From an uncultured delta proteobacterium (GTDB taxonomy: Bacteria > Myxococcota > Myxococcia > SLRQ01): a stretch of DNA of 64,000 nucleotides. The stretch is from contig CAVSGM010000001.1 in NCBI GenBank assembly GCA_963727485.1, positions 224,001-288,000 of the forward strand, in the 5' to 3' direction. The notes beneath the pieces are model-generated. The model had not been told where the DNA came from, searched no databases, and saw only the letters and a program-made list of their open reading frames with translations. Shown in pieces: positions 31,435-43,067 of the stretch (the stretch's first letter is position 1; each line of letters starts with the position of its first letter). A program made the translations under genes and the position numbers.

Positions 31435-32085
31435 ATGTCCCCCTGTCTGGTGTTCGACCTCGATGGCACCCTCGTCGACTCCCGCACCGACCTCGCGGCG
31501 TCGGTGCGCGCCATGCTCGCGGCCCAGGGGCATCCCGACCGGCCGCCCGGGGAGATCGCGGGCTTCATCGGCCGGGGGGCCCGGTACCTGGTGGCCCGGA
31601 GCCTCCCGGAGGCGGCCCGGGACGAGGCCTCGGTGGACGCCGCCCTCGCCTGGTTTCGGACCCACTACGCCGCCCACCTCGCCGACACCACCACCGCCTA
31701 CCCGGGCATCCCCGAGGCCCTGGCCGCCCTCGCCGAGGGGGCCCGGCTCTCGGTGCTCACCAACAAGCCCGGCGACATGGCCCGCTCGCTGCTGGACACC
31801 CTCGGCCTCGCGGCGCACTTCCACGAGATCCTCGGCGCCGGGGACGTCCCGGCCCACAAGCCCGATCCCGGAGGGCTGCGCCGGGCGCTCGAGGGCTGCG
31901 ACGACCCCGCGGCCGCCTGGTACGTCGGCGACCTGCCCCTGGACGTGGAGACCGCCCGGGGGGCCGGGTGCCGGGTGGCCTCGGTCCTCTGGGGGTTCTC
32001 GGCGGCCGCCGACCTCGAGGCAGCCGCGCCCGACCGGATGATCGCAGCACCCCCCGGGCTGGCCGACCTCGTCGGCGTCAGCTAG
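31435..32085 (+). CDS. gph: HAD hydrolase, phosphoglycolate phosphatase-like
   Basis: FDLDGTLVDS, LTNKP, KPDP, YVGD...D. Confidence 0.8.
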   Translation: MSPCLVFDLDGTLVDSRTDLAASVRAMLAAQGHPDRPPGEIAGFIGRGARYLVARSLPEAARDEASVDAALAWFRTHYAAHLADTTTAYPGIPEALAALAEGARLSVLTNKPGDMARSLLDTLGLAAHFHEILGAGDVPAHKPDPGGLRRALEGCDDPAAAWYVGDLPLDVETARGAGCRVASVLWGFSAAADLEAAAPDRMIAAPPGLADLVGVS

Positions 32086-32653
32086 CGGCCGGGGCCTTCT
32101 CGGCGAGCGCCGCCTTGAGGTCGTGCTCGATGGTCGACTCGCTGGTGAGCCCCACGTAGACCTTGCGGATGCGCCCGTTGCGGCCGACGAGGTACATGGT
32201 GGGCAGGCTGTCGATCTTGTAGCGGTTGCCCAGCAGCCCGTCGTCGAGGATCACCGGCATCTTGAGGTTGCGCTGGGCCAGGAAGTCCTGGACCAGCTTG
32301 GCCTGGGCGGCGCGGCTGCTGGTCTGGTCGGTGTTCACCGCCCAGAACTGAAGGCCCTGGTCGCGGTAGCGGTGGTTGAGGTCGGCGAGCTTGGGGATCT
32401 CGGCGCGGCAGGGCGGGCACCAGGTGGCCCAGAAGTCGAGGAGCACCACCTTGCCCTTGGTGTCCCCGGCGGGGAGATCCACCTGGCCCCCGGCGAGGGT
32501 GTGGCCCTCGAGGGCGGGCATGGGCTTGCCGTGGGTGACCGGGGCGACCCCGCTCCAGCCGTGACCGACGTCGACGGCGGCGAGGGTGAGCACCAGCGCG
32601 CCCATGAAGGCGATGACGATGCCCATCCACTGATCGATGCTAAGCTTCTTCAT
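32078..32653 (-). CDS. TlpA/ResA-like thiol-disulfide reductase
   Basis: N-terminal TM; GKVVLLDFWATWCPPC; SLPT. Confidence 0.92.
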   Translation of the reverse strand: MKKLSIDQWMGIVIAFMGALVLTLAAVDVGHGWSGVAPVTHGKPMPALEGHTLAGGQVDLPAGDTKGKVVLLDFWATWCPPCRAEIPKLADLNHRYRDQGLQFWAVNTDQTSSRAAQAKLVQDFLAQRNLKMPVILDDGLLGNRYKIDSLPTMYLVGRNGRIRKVYVGLTSESTIEHDLKAALAEKAPAAS

Positions 32654-32660
32654 GATGGCT

Positions 32661-33266
32661 TCACGTCTGTTTCGAAGGCTTCAAGTCATTCCTTCGCCCC
32701 AGCAACCGAATGGTTAGCCAGGCGAGGAGGATCGTGGTGGGAGCATAGGCCACCACGAGCTTGAGCGCGACGTAGCCCCCGGGGGTGGGCCCGTGCAGGA
32801 GCCCCCGCCAGGGTACCTGCGGGAGCACGGCGATGGCCCGGCCCAGGGCGCCGCCGGCGCCGACCCCGAGGCGCTCGAGGAGGGCCCCGAGGAGCATCAG
32901 CAGGAAGAACGGCACCAGGGTGAGCGCCGCCGCCGCGTTGATCCCCTCGGGATCCGGGGGGTTTGGGCGCTTGGCGGTGGCCCGGGTGAGGGCCCAGGCC
33001 AGCAGCGTGATGGCCACCAGCTCCCAGAGGACGGTGCGGGCCAGGACCCCGAGCAGACCCGAGAGGCTCACCATCACCGAGATCTGCACCATCGCCACCG
33101 CCCGGCCGGTGGAGAAGGGCAGGGCGGAAAGGCCCACCAGGCAGCCGACCACGAACACCCCGGTGGCGGTGCTTCCCGGGGCCGCGAGCGTCGCCTCCAG
33201 GGTGCGGCGGGGATGGAGGACCATGCCCCCGAGGCGGCCGAGGAGGCCGGTGGGCGCGGCGCTCAT
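32661..33266 (-). CDS. Yip1-like polytopic membrane protein
   Basis: MVLHPRRTLE N-terminal motif and about 5 hydrophobic segments; ATG overlaps the upstream stop. Confidence 0.6.
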   Translation of the reverse strand: MSAAPTGLLGRLGGMVLHPRRTLEATLAAPGSTATGVFVVGCLVGLSALPFSTGRAVAMVQISVMVSLSGLLGVLARTVLWELVAITLLAWALTRATAKRPNPPDPEGINAAAALTLVPFFLLMLLGALLERLGVGAGGALGRAIAVLPQVPWRGLLHGPTPGGYVALKLVVAYAPTTILLAWLTIRLLGRRNDLKPSKQT

Positions 33267-34378
33267 GTGGGGCTCCGGCGGCGGAGGGCGGCGGTGCCCC
33301 GGGCGAGGAGGCGCACCAGGTGACCGGTGGCCCGGCGCCGGCGCGGCGAGGCGGCGACAAGCGCCGCGGCGGGGGGCCCCACCACCCCGTAGACCGCCAC
33401 GAAGGCCCGGCCCAGGGCGTGGTGGACCAGGACCTCGTCCCGGAGGGCCCGCAGGGTCTCGACCTCGGGGGCGAAGGGTCCGAGCGCCGCGGTGGCCACG
33501 AAGCACCGGGCCCGGGGCGCGACCCACACCTCCAGCCCCCGGGAGTAGTTGCGCACCAGGCGCAGGCGGTTGTCCTCGTCGTAGGTGATCACCAGGAGGT
33601 CCCGGGGGGCGATGGGCATCCCCGGCGCCGCCGCCGCCTCGTGGAAGCGCAGGCTCCGGCCGGTGCCGTCGAGGTCCCGGGTGCGCACCGCGTGGAGGAC
33701 GTAGTTGGTCTCCGGCTCGGTCTTCGCCTCGACCACCGTGGCCACGTACACCGAGTACTCGGCGCCGCAGCTCGGGCAGGTGACCCGGTGGGTGGACTGG
33801 CTGGCCGAGAGGGGGTGGGCGGCGGTGCGGGCGCAGCTCTCCCGGGGGCAGCGCAGCTGGAAGGTCAGCTCGGCGGAGGCCCGGGCGTCGTAGCGCGAGC
33901 GGCCGGTGGTGCGGTCGTAGACCTGCTCGGCGGCGTCGTGGACGAAGGCCGGGCTCGCCGCCGGGGCGGTGGGGGCGGCGCCCGGGTTGCCGGCGGTCTC
34001 GAGGCGGGCGGTGGCGGCCTCGGAGATCTCCCGGGCGTCGCCGAGGGCCCCGTCGAGGGCAGCGGTGAGGGCGCGACCCTGGAGCTCGAGGGCGGCGAGG
34101 ATGGTGCCGTGGGCGGCGGTCAGCGGCCCCGGGGGATTGAAGCCCAGGGCCACCTCGTAGTACCGGGCCACCCGGGCGACGGCGTCGGTCACCGCCTCGC
34201 GCTCCCCCGCGGACACGGCGCCGTCGGCGACCAGCTTGGCCAGAAGCGGACCCTGCTCCTCGAGGACGTCGGCGACGGCGCGGCGCAGCCCCTCGAGGCC
34301 CTCCACGTCGAGGGGCTCGCGGGGGCGCGTGGCGGCCTGGTCGCGGGCCTTCTCGAGGAGGGTGGGCAGGGGCGTCAT
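33263..34378 (-). CDS. Protein with Zn-ribbon-like region and C-terminal CFI-box-CTERM domain
   Basis: CPRESC...CPSCG; C-terminus RCFVATAALGPFAPEVETLRALRDEVL...GRAFVAVY...GPPAA. Confidence 0.8.
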   Translation of the reverse strand: MTPLPTLLEKARDQAATRPREPLDVEGLEGLRRAVADVLEEQGPLLAKLVADGAVSAGEREAVTDAVARVARYYEVALGFNPPGPLTAAHGTILAALELQGRALTAALDGALGDAREISEAATARLETAGNPGAAPTAPAASPAFVHDAAEQVYDRTTGRSRYDARASAELTFQLRCPRESCARTAAHPLSASQSTHRVTCPSCGAEYSVYVATVVEAKTEPETNYVLHAVRTRDLDGTGRSLRFHEAAAAPGMPIAPRDLLVITYDEDNRLRLVRNYSRGLEVWVAPRARCFVATAALGPFAPEVETLRALRDEVLVHHALGRAFVAVYGVVGPPAAALVAASPRRRRATGHLVRLLARGTAALRRRSPT

Positions 34379-34451
34379 CGGCGCGCGATCCTGTATAGGC
34401 CGGGGGGGCGGGTCAAGCACCTGCGGCAGGGTGGGGCCACCCCGGCACCGG

Positions 34452-34480
34452 TTGCCGAGGTTCAGGCGAACCCCTAGAGT
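34452..34480 (+). promoter_or_regulatory. sigma70 promoter TTGCCG-N17-TAGAGT, 7 nt before the otsA ATG (leaderless)
   Basis: Hexamers at 34452-34457 and 34475-34480; no SD. Confidence 0.6.
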
Positions 34481-34487
34481 GGCCGCC

Positions 34488-35993
34488 ATGACCGAGAGCG
34501 GAGCGGCGGAGGAGGCGGGGCCACAGCAGCTTCTCGGCGGCCGCCGGCTGGTCCTGGTGAGCAACCGAGAGCCCTACGTCCGCCGGCGCAGCGCCGGGGG
34601 ACGCACGCGCTACGAGCGCACCACCGGCGGGCTGGTCACCGCCCTCGACCCGGTGATGCGCGCCTGCGGCGGGGTGTGGGTCGCCTGGGATCCCAAGGGC
34701 GACGCCCGGGGCGACACCCGGCACCTGGTCCCCGGCGAGGCGCCCCAGTTCACCCTGCGCCAGGTGCCCCTGTCGAGCACCGAGGTCCGCCGCTACTACT
34801 ACGGCTTCGCCAACAGCGCCCTGTGGCCCCTGTGCCACTACTTCGTCGACCGCTGCCACTTCGACGTCGCCGAGTGGCGCGAGTACGAGAAGATCAACGA
34901 GCGCTTCGCCGAGGCGGTGGACCACGAGAGCCAGGACGGCGACCTCATCTGGGTCCACGACTACCACTTCTGCCTCCTGCCCCAGATGATCCGGGCGCGG
35001 CGCGGGCGGAAGGCCACCATCGCCTACTTCCTCCACATCCCCTTTCCCGCCAGCGAGGTGTTCAAGATCCTCCCCTGGCGCCGGCAGATCCTCGAGGGGA
35101 TGCTCGGCGCCGACCTGGTGGGCTTCCACACCCACGCCTACGCCAGCGACTTCCTCGATGCCTGCAAGCGCATCCTCGACGCCGAGGTGGACTGGGAGGC
35201 GGGGACGGTGAAATGGCAGGGGCGGACGGTGCGGGTGGCGGCGTTCCCCATCGGCATCGACGCCGCCGAGTTCGACGAGCTCGCCGGGCGCGAGGACGTC
35301 CTGGAGAAGGTGGGGCGGCTCCGGGGCACCCTCCAGGCCGAGAAGGTCATCCTCGGGGTCGATCGCCTCGACTACTCCAAGGGCATCCTCGAGCGCCTCT
35401 ACGCGGTGGAGCACCTCTTCGAGAGCTACCCCCAGCACCGGGGGCGGGCGATCTTCGTCCAGGTGGCGGTGCCCAGCCGCACCCGGGTCGAGGAGTACCG
35501 GCAGCTCAAGCGGTCCATCGACGAGACGGTGGGCCGGATCAACGGCCGCTTCGGCGACGGCGGCTGGGAGCCGATCCGCTACCGCTACCGCTCCCTGCCC
35601 CGGGAGGATCTGGTCAGCTACTACCGCGCCTCCGACGTCGCCCTGATCACGCCGCTGCGCGACGGGATGAATCTGGTCGCCAAGGAGTTCGTGGCGAGCC
35701 ACGCCGACGGCGACGGGGTGCTGGTGCTCTCCGAGTTCACCGGCGCCGCCGAGCAGATGGGCGCGGGGGCGCTCTTGGTGAACCCCTTCTCCATCGAGGA
35801 GACCGCCGCCACCCTCGACCGGGCCCTGGAGATGGAGCAGAAGGAGCGCAAGCGTCGCATGGCGCTGATGCGCGAGCAGGTCCACGACTACGACATCGGC
35901 CGGTGGCTCGGCGACATCCTGCGCTCCGCCCTCGGACGCCCGCCCCGGGACGGCGCCCAGAAGGCCCGCGGCGAGGGGCGCGCCCGCCTGTGA
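34488..35993 (+). CDS. otsA: Trehalose-6-phosphate synthase
   Basis: [49 protein letters not shown]. Confidence 0.96.
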   Translation: MTESGAAEEAGPQQLLGGRRLVLVSNREPYVRRRSAGGRTRYERTTGGLVTALDPVMRACGGVWVAWDPKGDARGDTRHLVPGEAPQFTLRQVPLSSTEVRRYYYGFANSALWPLCHYFVDRCHFDVAEWREYEKINERFAEAVDHESQDGDLIWVHDYHFCLLPQMIRARRGRKATIAYFLHIPFPASEVFKILPWRRQILEGMLGADLVGFHTHAYASDFLDACKRILDAEVDWEAGTVKWQGRTVRVAAFPIGIDAAEFDELAGREDVLEKVGRLRGTLQAEKVILGVDRLDYSKGILERLYAVEHLFESYPQHRGRAIFVQVAVPSRTRVEEYRQLKRSIDETVGRINGRFGDGGWEPIRYRYRSLPREDLVSYYRASDVALITPLRDGMNLVAKEFVASHADGDGVLVLSEFTGAAEQMGAGALLVNPFSIEETAATLDRALEMEQKERKRRMALMREQVHDYDIGRWLGDILRSALGRPPRDGAQKARGEGRARL

Positions 35994-36793
35994 GCCCCGC
36001 CCCCCGGGAGCTCTTCGCCGCCTGGGACGAGGTGGCCCGGCGCCTCGCGCCCCCGGCGCCGCTCCTCGCGTGCTTCGACTACGACGGCACCCTGGTGCCC
36101 ATCTGCCCCACCCCCGAGGAGGCCATCGCCGGTCCCGAGGTCCGGGCCGCGCTCGCCACCCTCGCCCGTCGCCCGGGGACCACGGTGGCGGTGGTCAGCG
36201 GGCGCACCGCGGAGAGCCTCCGGGCCCAGGTCCCCGCCGACGACCTGTGGCTGGTGGGGCGCCACGGGATCACCACCGCCGCCCCCGGCGAGGCCGAGGT
36301 CCAGGCCGTCGACGTCGACGCCGCCCGCGCCGCCCTCGATCCCCTCCGGGCCGAGGGGGCCCGGGTGGTCGCCGCCCACCCCGGCACCCGCCTCGAGGAC
36401 AAGGGCGCGGCGGTCGCCCTCCACACCCGCGCCGCCAGCCGCCCCGACGCCGAGGCCGCGGCGAGGGCCTTCCACGCCGCGGCCGCCACCCTCGAGGGCT
36501 TCGAGATCCTGGTGGGCAAGGAGATCCACGAGGTCCGCCCCCAGGGCGTGGACAAGGGCAGGGCGGTCACCGCCCTGCGGGCCCGGGTCGCGGGCGGCGG
36601 GGCGCTCCTCTACGTGGGCGACGACACCACCGACGAGGACGTGTTCGCGGCGGTGCCGGCCGACGATCCCCGGGTGGTCACCGTCCGGGTGGGCGAGGGC
36701 GCCGGGACCCGCGCCGGCTTCGTGATCGCCGATCCCGAGGGGGTCACCGAGCTCCTCGGGCGCCTCGCCCGTCTCCGGGCCGGCGGCCCGTAG
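35990..36793 (+). CDS. otsB: Trehalose-6-phosphate phosphatase
   Basis: FDYDGTL, VVSGR, EDKG, DKG, YVGDDTTDED; GTGA overlap with otsA. Confidence 0.93.
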   Translation: MSPAPRELFAAWDEVARRLAPPAPLLACFDYDGTLVPICPTPEEAIAGPEVRAALATLARRPGTTVAVVSGRTAESLRAQVPADDLWLVGRHGITTAAPGEAEVQAVDVDAARAALDPLRAEGARVVAAHPGTRLEDKGAAVALHTRAASRPDAEAAARAFHAAAATLEGFEILVGKEIHEVRPQGVDKGRAVTALRARVAGGGALLYVGDDTTDEDVFAAVPADDPRVVTVRVGEGAGTRAGFVIADPEGVTELLGRLARLRAGGP

Positions 36794-36858
36794 CCCTGGC
36801 CTCCGGCGCGCAAATCCTTCTCCTTGGCAGCGCCGGAGGGGTGTAGTAGACGGTCCGC

Positions 36859-37269
<411 letters not shown>

Positions 37270-37300
37270 GGCCGGCCGGGCGCCACCGCGCCCCCATCCC

Positions 37301-38082
37301 ATGCTCTACCGCGACGACGTCCTCGCCGGCCGCGTGGCCCTCATCACCGGGGGGGCTCCGGCATCGGCGCCGGCATCGCCCGGACCTTCGCCGCCCTCGG
37401 CGCCAAGGTGGCGATCACCGGGCGCAACCAGGACCGGCTCGACGCCGCGGCCGAGACCATCCGCGGCGCCGGGGGCACCTGCCTGCCGGTGGCCGCCGAT
37501 GTGCGCCAGCCCGACACCGTGGCGGCGCTCCTCGATCGCGTCGACGCCGAGCTCGGACGCCTCGACCTGCTGGTGAACGGCGCCGCCGGGAACTTCCCGG
37601 CGCCCGCGGCGGCGCTCTCGCCCAACGGGTTCGGCACCGTGGTCGACATCGACCTCAAGGGCACCTTCAACGTCACCCGGGCGGCGTTCCCGCGCCTCTC
37701 CGGGGGCGGCGGCGCGGTGATCAACATCAGCGCCACCCTCCAGTACCTGGGCACGCCGCTCCAGGCCCACGCCGCCAGCGCCAAGGCCGGCGTCGACGCC
37801 CTCACCCGGGTGCTCGCCGTGGAGTGGGGCCCGATGGGGGTGCGGGTCAACGGCGTCGCGCCGGGCCCCATCGACGGAACCGAGGGCATGGCGCGCCTCG
37901 CCCCCGGGGGGCTGCGCCAGAAGATGGAGAAGAGCGTGCCCCTCGGCCGCTTCGGCACCGTCGACGAGATTGCCGAGGCCTGCGTGTACCTGGCCTGCGC
38001 CGAGTACGTCACCGGCGCGGTGCTGGTGGTCGATGGCGGCCAGTGGCTGGCCGGCGGCCTCGGCAGCCTGGTCCAGGGCTGA
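37301..38082 (+). CDS. SDR oxidoreductase, peroxisomal 2,4-dienoyl-CoA reductase-like (frameshift in G-run ~37350)
   Basis: ITGG-SGIG, NGAAGNF, LSPNGF, SATL, HAASAKAGVD, LAVEWG, PGPI. Confidence 0.88.
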
Positions 38083-38226
38083 CGGCGCACCACCGCGGCA
38101 GAAACTGCGGGTCGGTGGAAATACCCGCGGGCGGTTCTCGGTTGGCGCGCCCGATATCCACCGAACGAGGCGCGCGCCCAGGCGTCTTGATGTCCACGGG
38201 CAGGGGTGCGCTTGAGGAGGGCCAGG

Positions 38227-39202
<976 letters not shown>

Positions 39203-39210
<8 letters not shown>

Positions 39211-39922
39211 GGCGCTCACCATCGCCCGCCGCGAGCTCAAGAGCTACTTCGACGCGCCGGTGGCCTACATCGTCGTCGTCGGGTTCCTCGCCGTGGCCGG
39301 GTGGATCCTCTTCTCCTCGCTCTTCCTCCTGGGCCGCGCCGACATGCGGACCTTCTTCCAGCCCTCGCCGTTCTCGCCGTCGATGCTGCTGGTGATCCTG
39401 GTCCCGGCGATCACCATGCGCCTGGTCGCCGAGGAGCGCCGCAGCGGCACCCTGGAGCTGCTGACCACGCTGCCGGTCCGCGACCTGGACGTGATCCTCG
39501 GGAAGTTCCTCGCCGCCTTCGGCCTCATCGCCGCGGCGCTGATGGTCACCCTGGTCTACGCCGTCACCATCAGCGGCATCGGCAGGCTCGACTGGGGGCC
39601 GGTGATCTCCGGCTACCTGGGGATGCTGCTCTTCGCCGGGACCCTGGTGGCGGTGGGGCTCTTGTGCTCCACCCTCACCGAGAACCAGATTGTCGCCTTC
39701 ATCGTGGGCTTCCTGGTCTCGGCGGCGCTCTACTTCATCCTCTGGCTGCAGTTCTTCATGCCCGCGGCCATCGCGCCGGTGGTGGCGTGGATCTCCACCA
39801 GCAGCCACCTGAAGAACATGGCCCGCGGGGTCATCGACTCCCGCGACGTCCTCTACTACCTCACGGTGACCGCCGGCGCCCTCACCCTCGCGGTGCGCGC
39901 CCTGGCGCGGCGCCACGCCTGA
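39203..39922 (+). CDS. ABC-2 permease (GldF-like)
   Basis: ARRELKSYF, TMRLVAEERRSGTLELLTT, GKF, ENQIVA, GVIDSRD. Confidence 0.9.
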
Positions 39923-39933
39923 CGGAGGCCTCG

Positions 39934-41568
39934 ATGAGCCGCAACAAGGGCATCGACCTCACCGTCCGCACCCTCGCGGTGCTGGGCATCCTCGTGCTCG
40001 TCAACGTCCTGGGGGTGAGCCTCTGGGGTCGCCTCGACCTCACCCGGGATCACGAGTTCACCCTCTCCCAGGCGACGCGCAAGACCCTCGCCCGCCTCGA
40101 CGACCCGGTGACGGTGACCGCCTACTTCACCCGGGATCTTCCGCCGCCGTTCTCGGAGAACGCCCGGTACGTCAAGGACCTCCTCGACGAGTACTACGCC
40201 CACTCGGGCGGCCACCTGCGCTACCGCTTCGTCGACCCGGAGAGCCAGGAGACCGCCGCCGACCAGAAGGCCAAGAAGCAGGTCCGCCGGGACATCTTCG
40301 GCCGGGAGGTGCGCCAGGAGACCAGCGTGGAGAAGAAGCTCCACCGCCTCGGCGTGGTCCCGGTGCAGGTCACCGTGGACAAGGACGACAAGGCCACCAG
40401 CCGGCGCGCCTACATGGGCCTGGTGGTCCGCTACCACGACCAGACCCAGGCGATCCCGGTGGTGAAGAACACCGACGGCCTGGAGTACGAGCTGACCACC
40501 CTCATCCGCAAGGTGGTCCGCAAGCACCCGCCGAAGATCGCCTTCCTCACCGGCCACGGGGGCCCGGATCTCCAGAAGGACATGTCGGATCTCGACCGGG
40601 CCCTGGGGCAGCTCTACGACGTGACGCCCCTGAACCTGACCCAGAAGCAGAAGATCCCGGACGACGTGAAGGCGCTGCTGGTGGTCGGCCCCAAGACGCC
40701 CCTCTCGCTCGCCGAGAAGCACGCCATCGACCAGTTCGTGATGGCGGGGCACCCGGCGGCGTTCCTCCTCGGGGAGGTGGCCCCGGACCTGGAGCACATG
40801 CAGGCGAGGCCCATCCACCCGGGGGTGGAGGACCTGCTGGCCAAGTGGGGAGTGTCGCTCCAGCCGGGGCTGGTCCTCGACGCCCGGTGCGCCAGCGTCA
40901 ACGTCACCCGGCAGCAGGGCTTCATGCGGATCCAGGAGCCGGTGCGCTATCCGTTCATCCCGGTGGAGAAGTCGCTGGCCCAGGGCTCGCCCATCACCCG
41001 GGGGCTCACCAACGTGAGCTTCCCCTTCGTGAGCCCGGTGGACGTGACCCTCGCCAAGGGCAGCAAGATCCACGCGGTGACCCTGGCCCGCTCCTCGGAC
41101 AAGAGCTGGCTGGCGATGCCGCCCTACGACCTCGACCCCCTCCAGCAGTGGACGGCCTCGAGCCTCAAGGACCAGGGGTCCAAGCCCCTGATGGTGGCCC
41201 TGCGCGGGCCGCTGAAGAGCGCCTACGTCGCCGACCCCCCGGGCAAGAGCGTCTCCAGCGCCGGGATCGCCCAGGCCAAAGACGCCCGGGTGCTGGTGGC
41301 CGGCAGCTACGCCTTTGCCCTCGACCGCTTCCACAACCGCGGCGACCAGGCCCTGGCGATGAACCTCATGGACTGGCTGATGAAGGACGACAGCCTGCTG
41401 GCGGTGCGCGCCCGGGGCATGGACGCGGCGCCCCTCGACGACATCTCGAGCGGCGAGCGCTCGGCCCTGAAGTACGGGAACCTCCTGGGCCTGCCGCTCT
41501 TGGTGGTGCTCTTCGGGGTGGTGCGGTGGCGCCTGCGCGAGGCGCGGCGGCGCACGGCGAAGGTGTGA
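39934..41568 (+). CDS. GldG-like ABC transporter auxiliary protein
   Basis: RLDLTRDHEFTLSQAT, FVDP, LEYELT, FLTGHG, NLMDWL; C-terminal TM. Confidence 0.88.
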   Translation: MSRNKGIDLTVRTLAVLGILVLVNVLGVSLWGRLDLTRDHEFTLSQATRKTLARLDDPVTVTAYFTRDLPPPFSENARYVKDLLDEYYAHSGGHLRYRFVDPESQETAADQKAKKQVRRDIFGREVRQETSVEKKLHRLGVVPVQVTVDKDDKATSRRAYMGLVVRYHDQTQAIPVVKNTDGLEYELTTLIRKVVRKHPPKIAFLTGHGGPDLQKDMSDLDRALGQLYDVTPLNLTQKQKIPDDVKALLVVGPKTPLSLAEKHAIDQFVMAGHPAAFLLGEVAPDLEHMQARPIHPGVEDLLAKWGVSLQPGLVLDARCASVNVTRQQGFMRIQEPVRYPFIPVEKSLAQGSPITRGLTNVSFPFVSPVDVTLAKGSKIHAVTLARSSDKSWLAMPPYDLDPLQQWTASSLKDQGSKPLMVALRGPLKSAYVADPPGKSVSSAGIAQAKDARVLVAGSYAFALDRFHNRGDQALAMNLMDWLMKDDSLLAVRARGMDAAPLDDISSGERSALKYGNLLGLPLLVVLFGVVRWRLREARRRTAKV

Positions 41569-41608
41569 CGCGCGACCGGCGCGCGTGGCGCCGGCGCGGG
41601 AGGATGCG

Positions 41609-42994
41609 ATGAAGACGCGGACCTGGTCGACCCTCGGGATCTTCGCCTGCCTCCTCGGGGCGGTGTGGTGGCAGAGCCGGCAGAAGCCCGAGGAGGGCAT
41701 CACCGAGCTCTCCTTCACCAAGCTGAAGGCGAGCGACATCGACGACCTGGAGATCAACGGCGACCACCCCATGGAGATGACCCGCAAGCAGGGCGGGTGG
41801 GTGCTCGCCGACGGCAAGCGGGCCTCGAAGAACGGGCCTGCGCAGGCGGTGCAGGCGCTCACGGCCATCGACACCACCGACCTGGTCACCTCGAGCCCCA
41901 AGCGCTTCGCCGACTTCGGGGTGGACGCGGACCACGGCACCCACGTGGTCGCCAAGGGCCAGGGGAAGGTCCTGGTGGACGTGGTGGTGGGCAAGCACGG
42001 CGAGGGCGGGACCTTCGTGCGCCAGGGCCACCAGGTCTACCTGGTCAGCGGCCTCTACCCCTCGACCTTCTCCAAGCCCGCGGCCCGGTGGCACCACCTC
42101 CAGCTCTTCGACGAGGTGAAGGCCAAGGACGTCACCAAGGTCACCGTCCACCTCCACGGCGAGCCCGCCTACAGCCTGGTGAAGCAGGGCAAGGCCTTCG
42201 CCTTCGCCGGGCACCCGGCGGTGCCGAAGGGCTTCCGCTTCGACGCCGGGGCGGCGACCTCGCTTGCGAGCACCCTCATCGGGGCCCGGGCGGCGACGGT
42301 GCTGGAGACCGATCCGGGCGCCAAGACCACCGGCCTCGGGGACGGCGACGTGATCAGCTTCGAGGCCGGGAAGCAGAAGGGCTCGCTCACCCTCGGCGCC
42401 AAGACCAAGAAGGGCACCGTCTACGCCAAGGTCGGCGGCCGCGACGACGTGTTCACCGTCTCTGCGGGCGTGGCCCGGGCCCTGCGCAAGCAGCCTACCG
42501 AGCTCCGGGACCTCCACTTCGTCTCCCTCGATCCCGCCAAGGTCACCCGCCTGGAGATCCGCCACGGCAAGACCCACCTGGTGCTCGCCAAGACGGGCGA
42601 CGCCTGGAAGGCGGTGAAGGGCGGCAATGGCAAGGCCCCCAACGCCCAGGCGGTGGGGATGCGCCTCGGGGCCCTGGCGGGCGCCCGGGCCATGGCGCTG
42701 GCGCGGGACCCGAAGCACACGGGCCTCGAGAAGCCCGAGGGCGAGGTGGTGGCGACGCTGGCCTCGGGGAAGCAGGTCACCGTGCGCTTCGGCGCCGACA
42801 CCAAGACGAAGGCCGGGGGTGCCGCGGTCTTCACCCGGGGGAACGCCGACGACGCGGTGTACCTGGTCAGCCCCTGGATCCGCGACCGGCTCCTCGGGGG
42901 TCCGGCGAGCTTCGCCGCGCCCCACCGGCCGCAGCTAAGCCAGGCGATGCTCCGGCGCCTGATCCAGGCCCAGCGGGCGCGGCAGCAGCACTAG
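41609..42994 (+). CDS. DUF4340-type periplasmic protein (repeated domains)
   Basis: N-terminal anchor; repeated (F/T)G(V/L)D/E...G...YAK/FVR...VY/F motifs; usual position after GldG-like genes. Confidence 0.75.
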   Translation: MKTRTWSTLGIFACLLGAVWWQSRQKPEEGITELSFTKLKASDIDDLEINGDHPMEMTRKQGGWVLADGKRASKNGPAQAVQALTAIDTTDLVTSSPKRFADFGVDADHGTHVVAKGQGKVLVDVVVGKHGEGGTFVRQGHQVYLVSGLYPSTFSKPAARWHHLQLFDEVKAKDVTKVTVHLHGEPAYSLVKQGKAFAFAGHPAVPKGFRFDAGAATSLASTLIGARAATVLETDPGAKTTGLGDGDVISFEAGKQKGSLTLGAKTKKGTVYAKVGGRDDVFTVSAGVARALRKQPTELRDLHFVSLDPAKVTRLEIRHGKTHLVLAKTGDAWKAVKGGNGKAPNAQAVGMRLGALAGARAMALARDPKHTGLEKPEGEVVATLASGKQVTVRFGADTKTKAGGAAVFTRGNADDAVYLVSPWIRDRLLGGPASFAAPHRPQLSQAMLRRLIQAQRARQQH

Positions 42995-43014
42995 GCGCGG
43001 CCCGGCCCCCGGCG

Positions 43015-43043
43015 TTGCCATCCTCGGGCGGGTCCACTAGGGT
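43015..43043 (+). promoter_or_regulatory. sigma70 promoter TTGCCA-N17-TAGGGT for the DUF2381-like gene
   Basis: Hexamers at 43015-43020 and 43038-43043; GGGGAG SD follows. Confidence 0.55.
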
Positions 43044-43067
43044 CCCCAACCGACCCTGGGGGAGACC

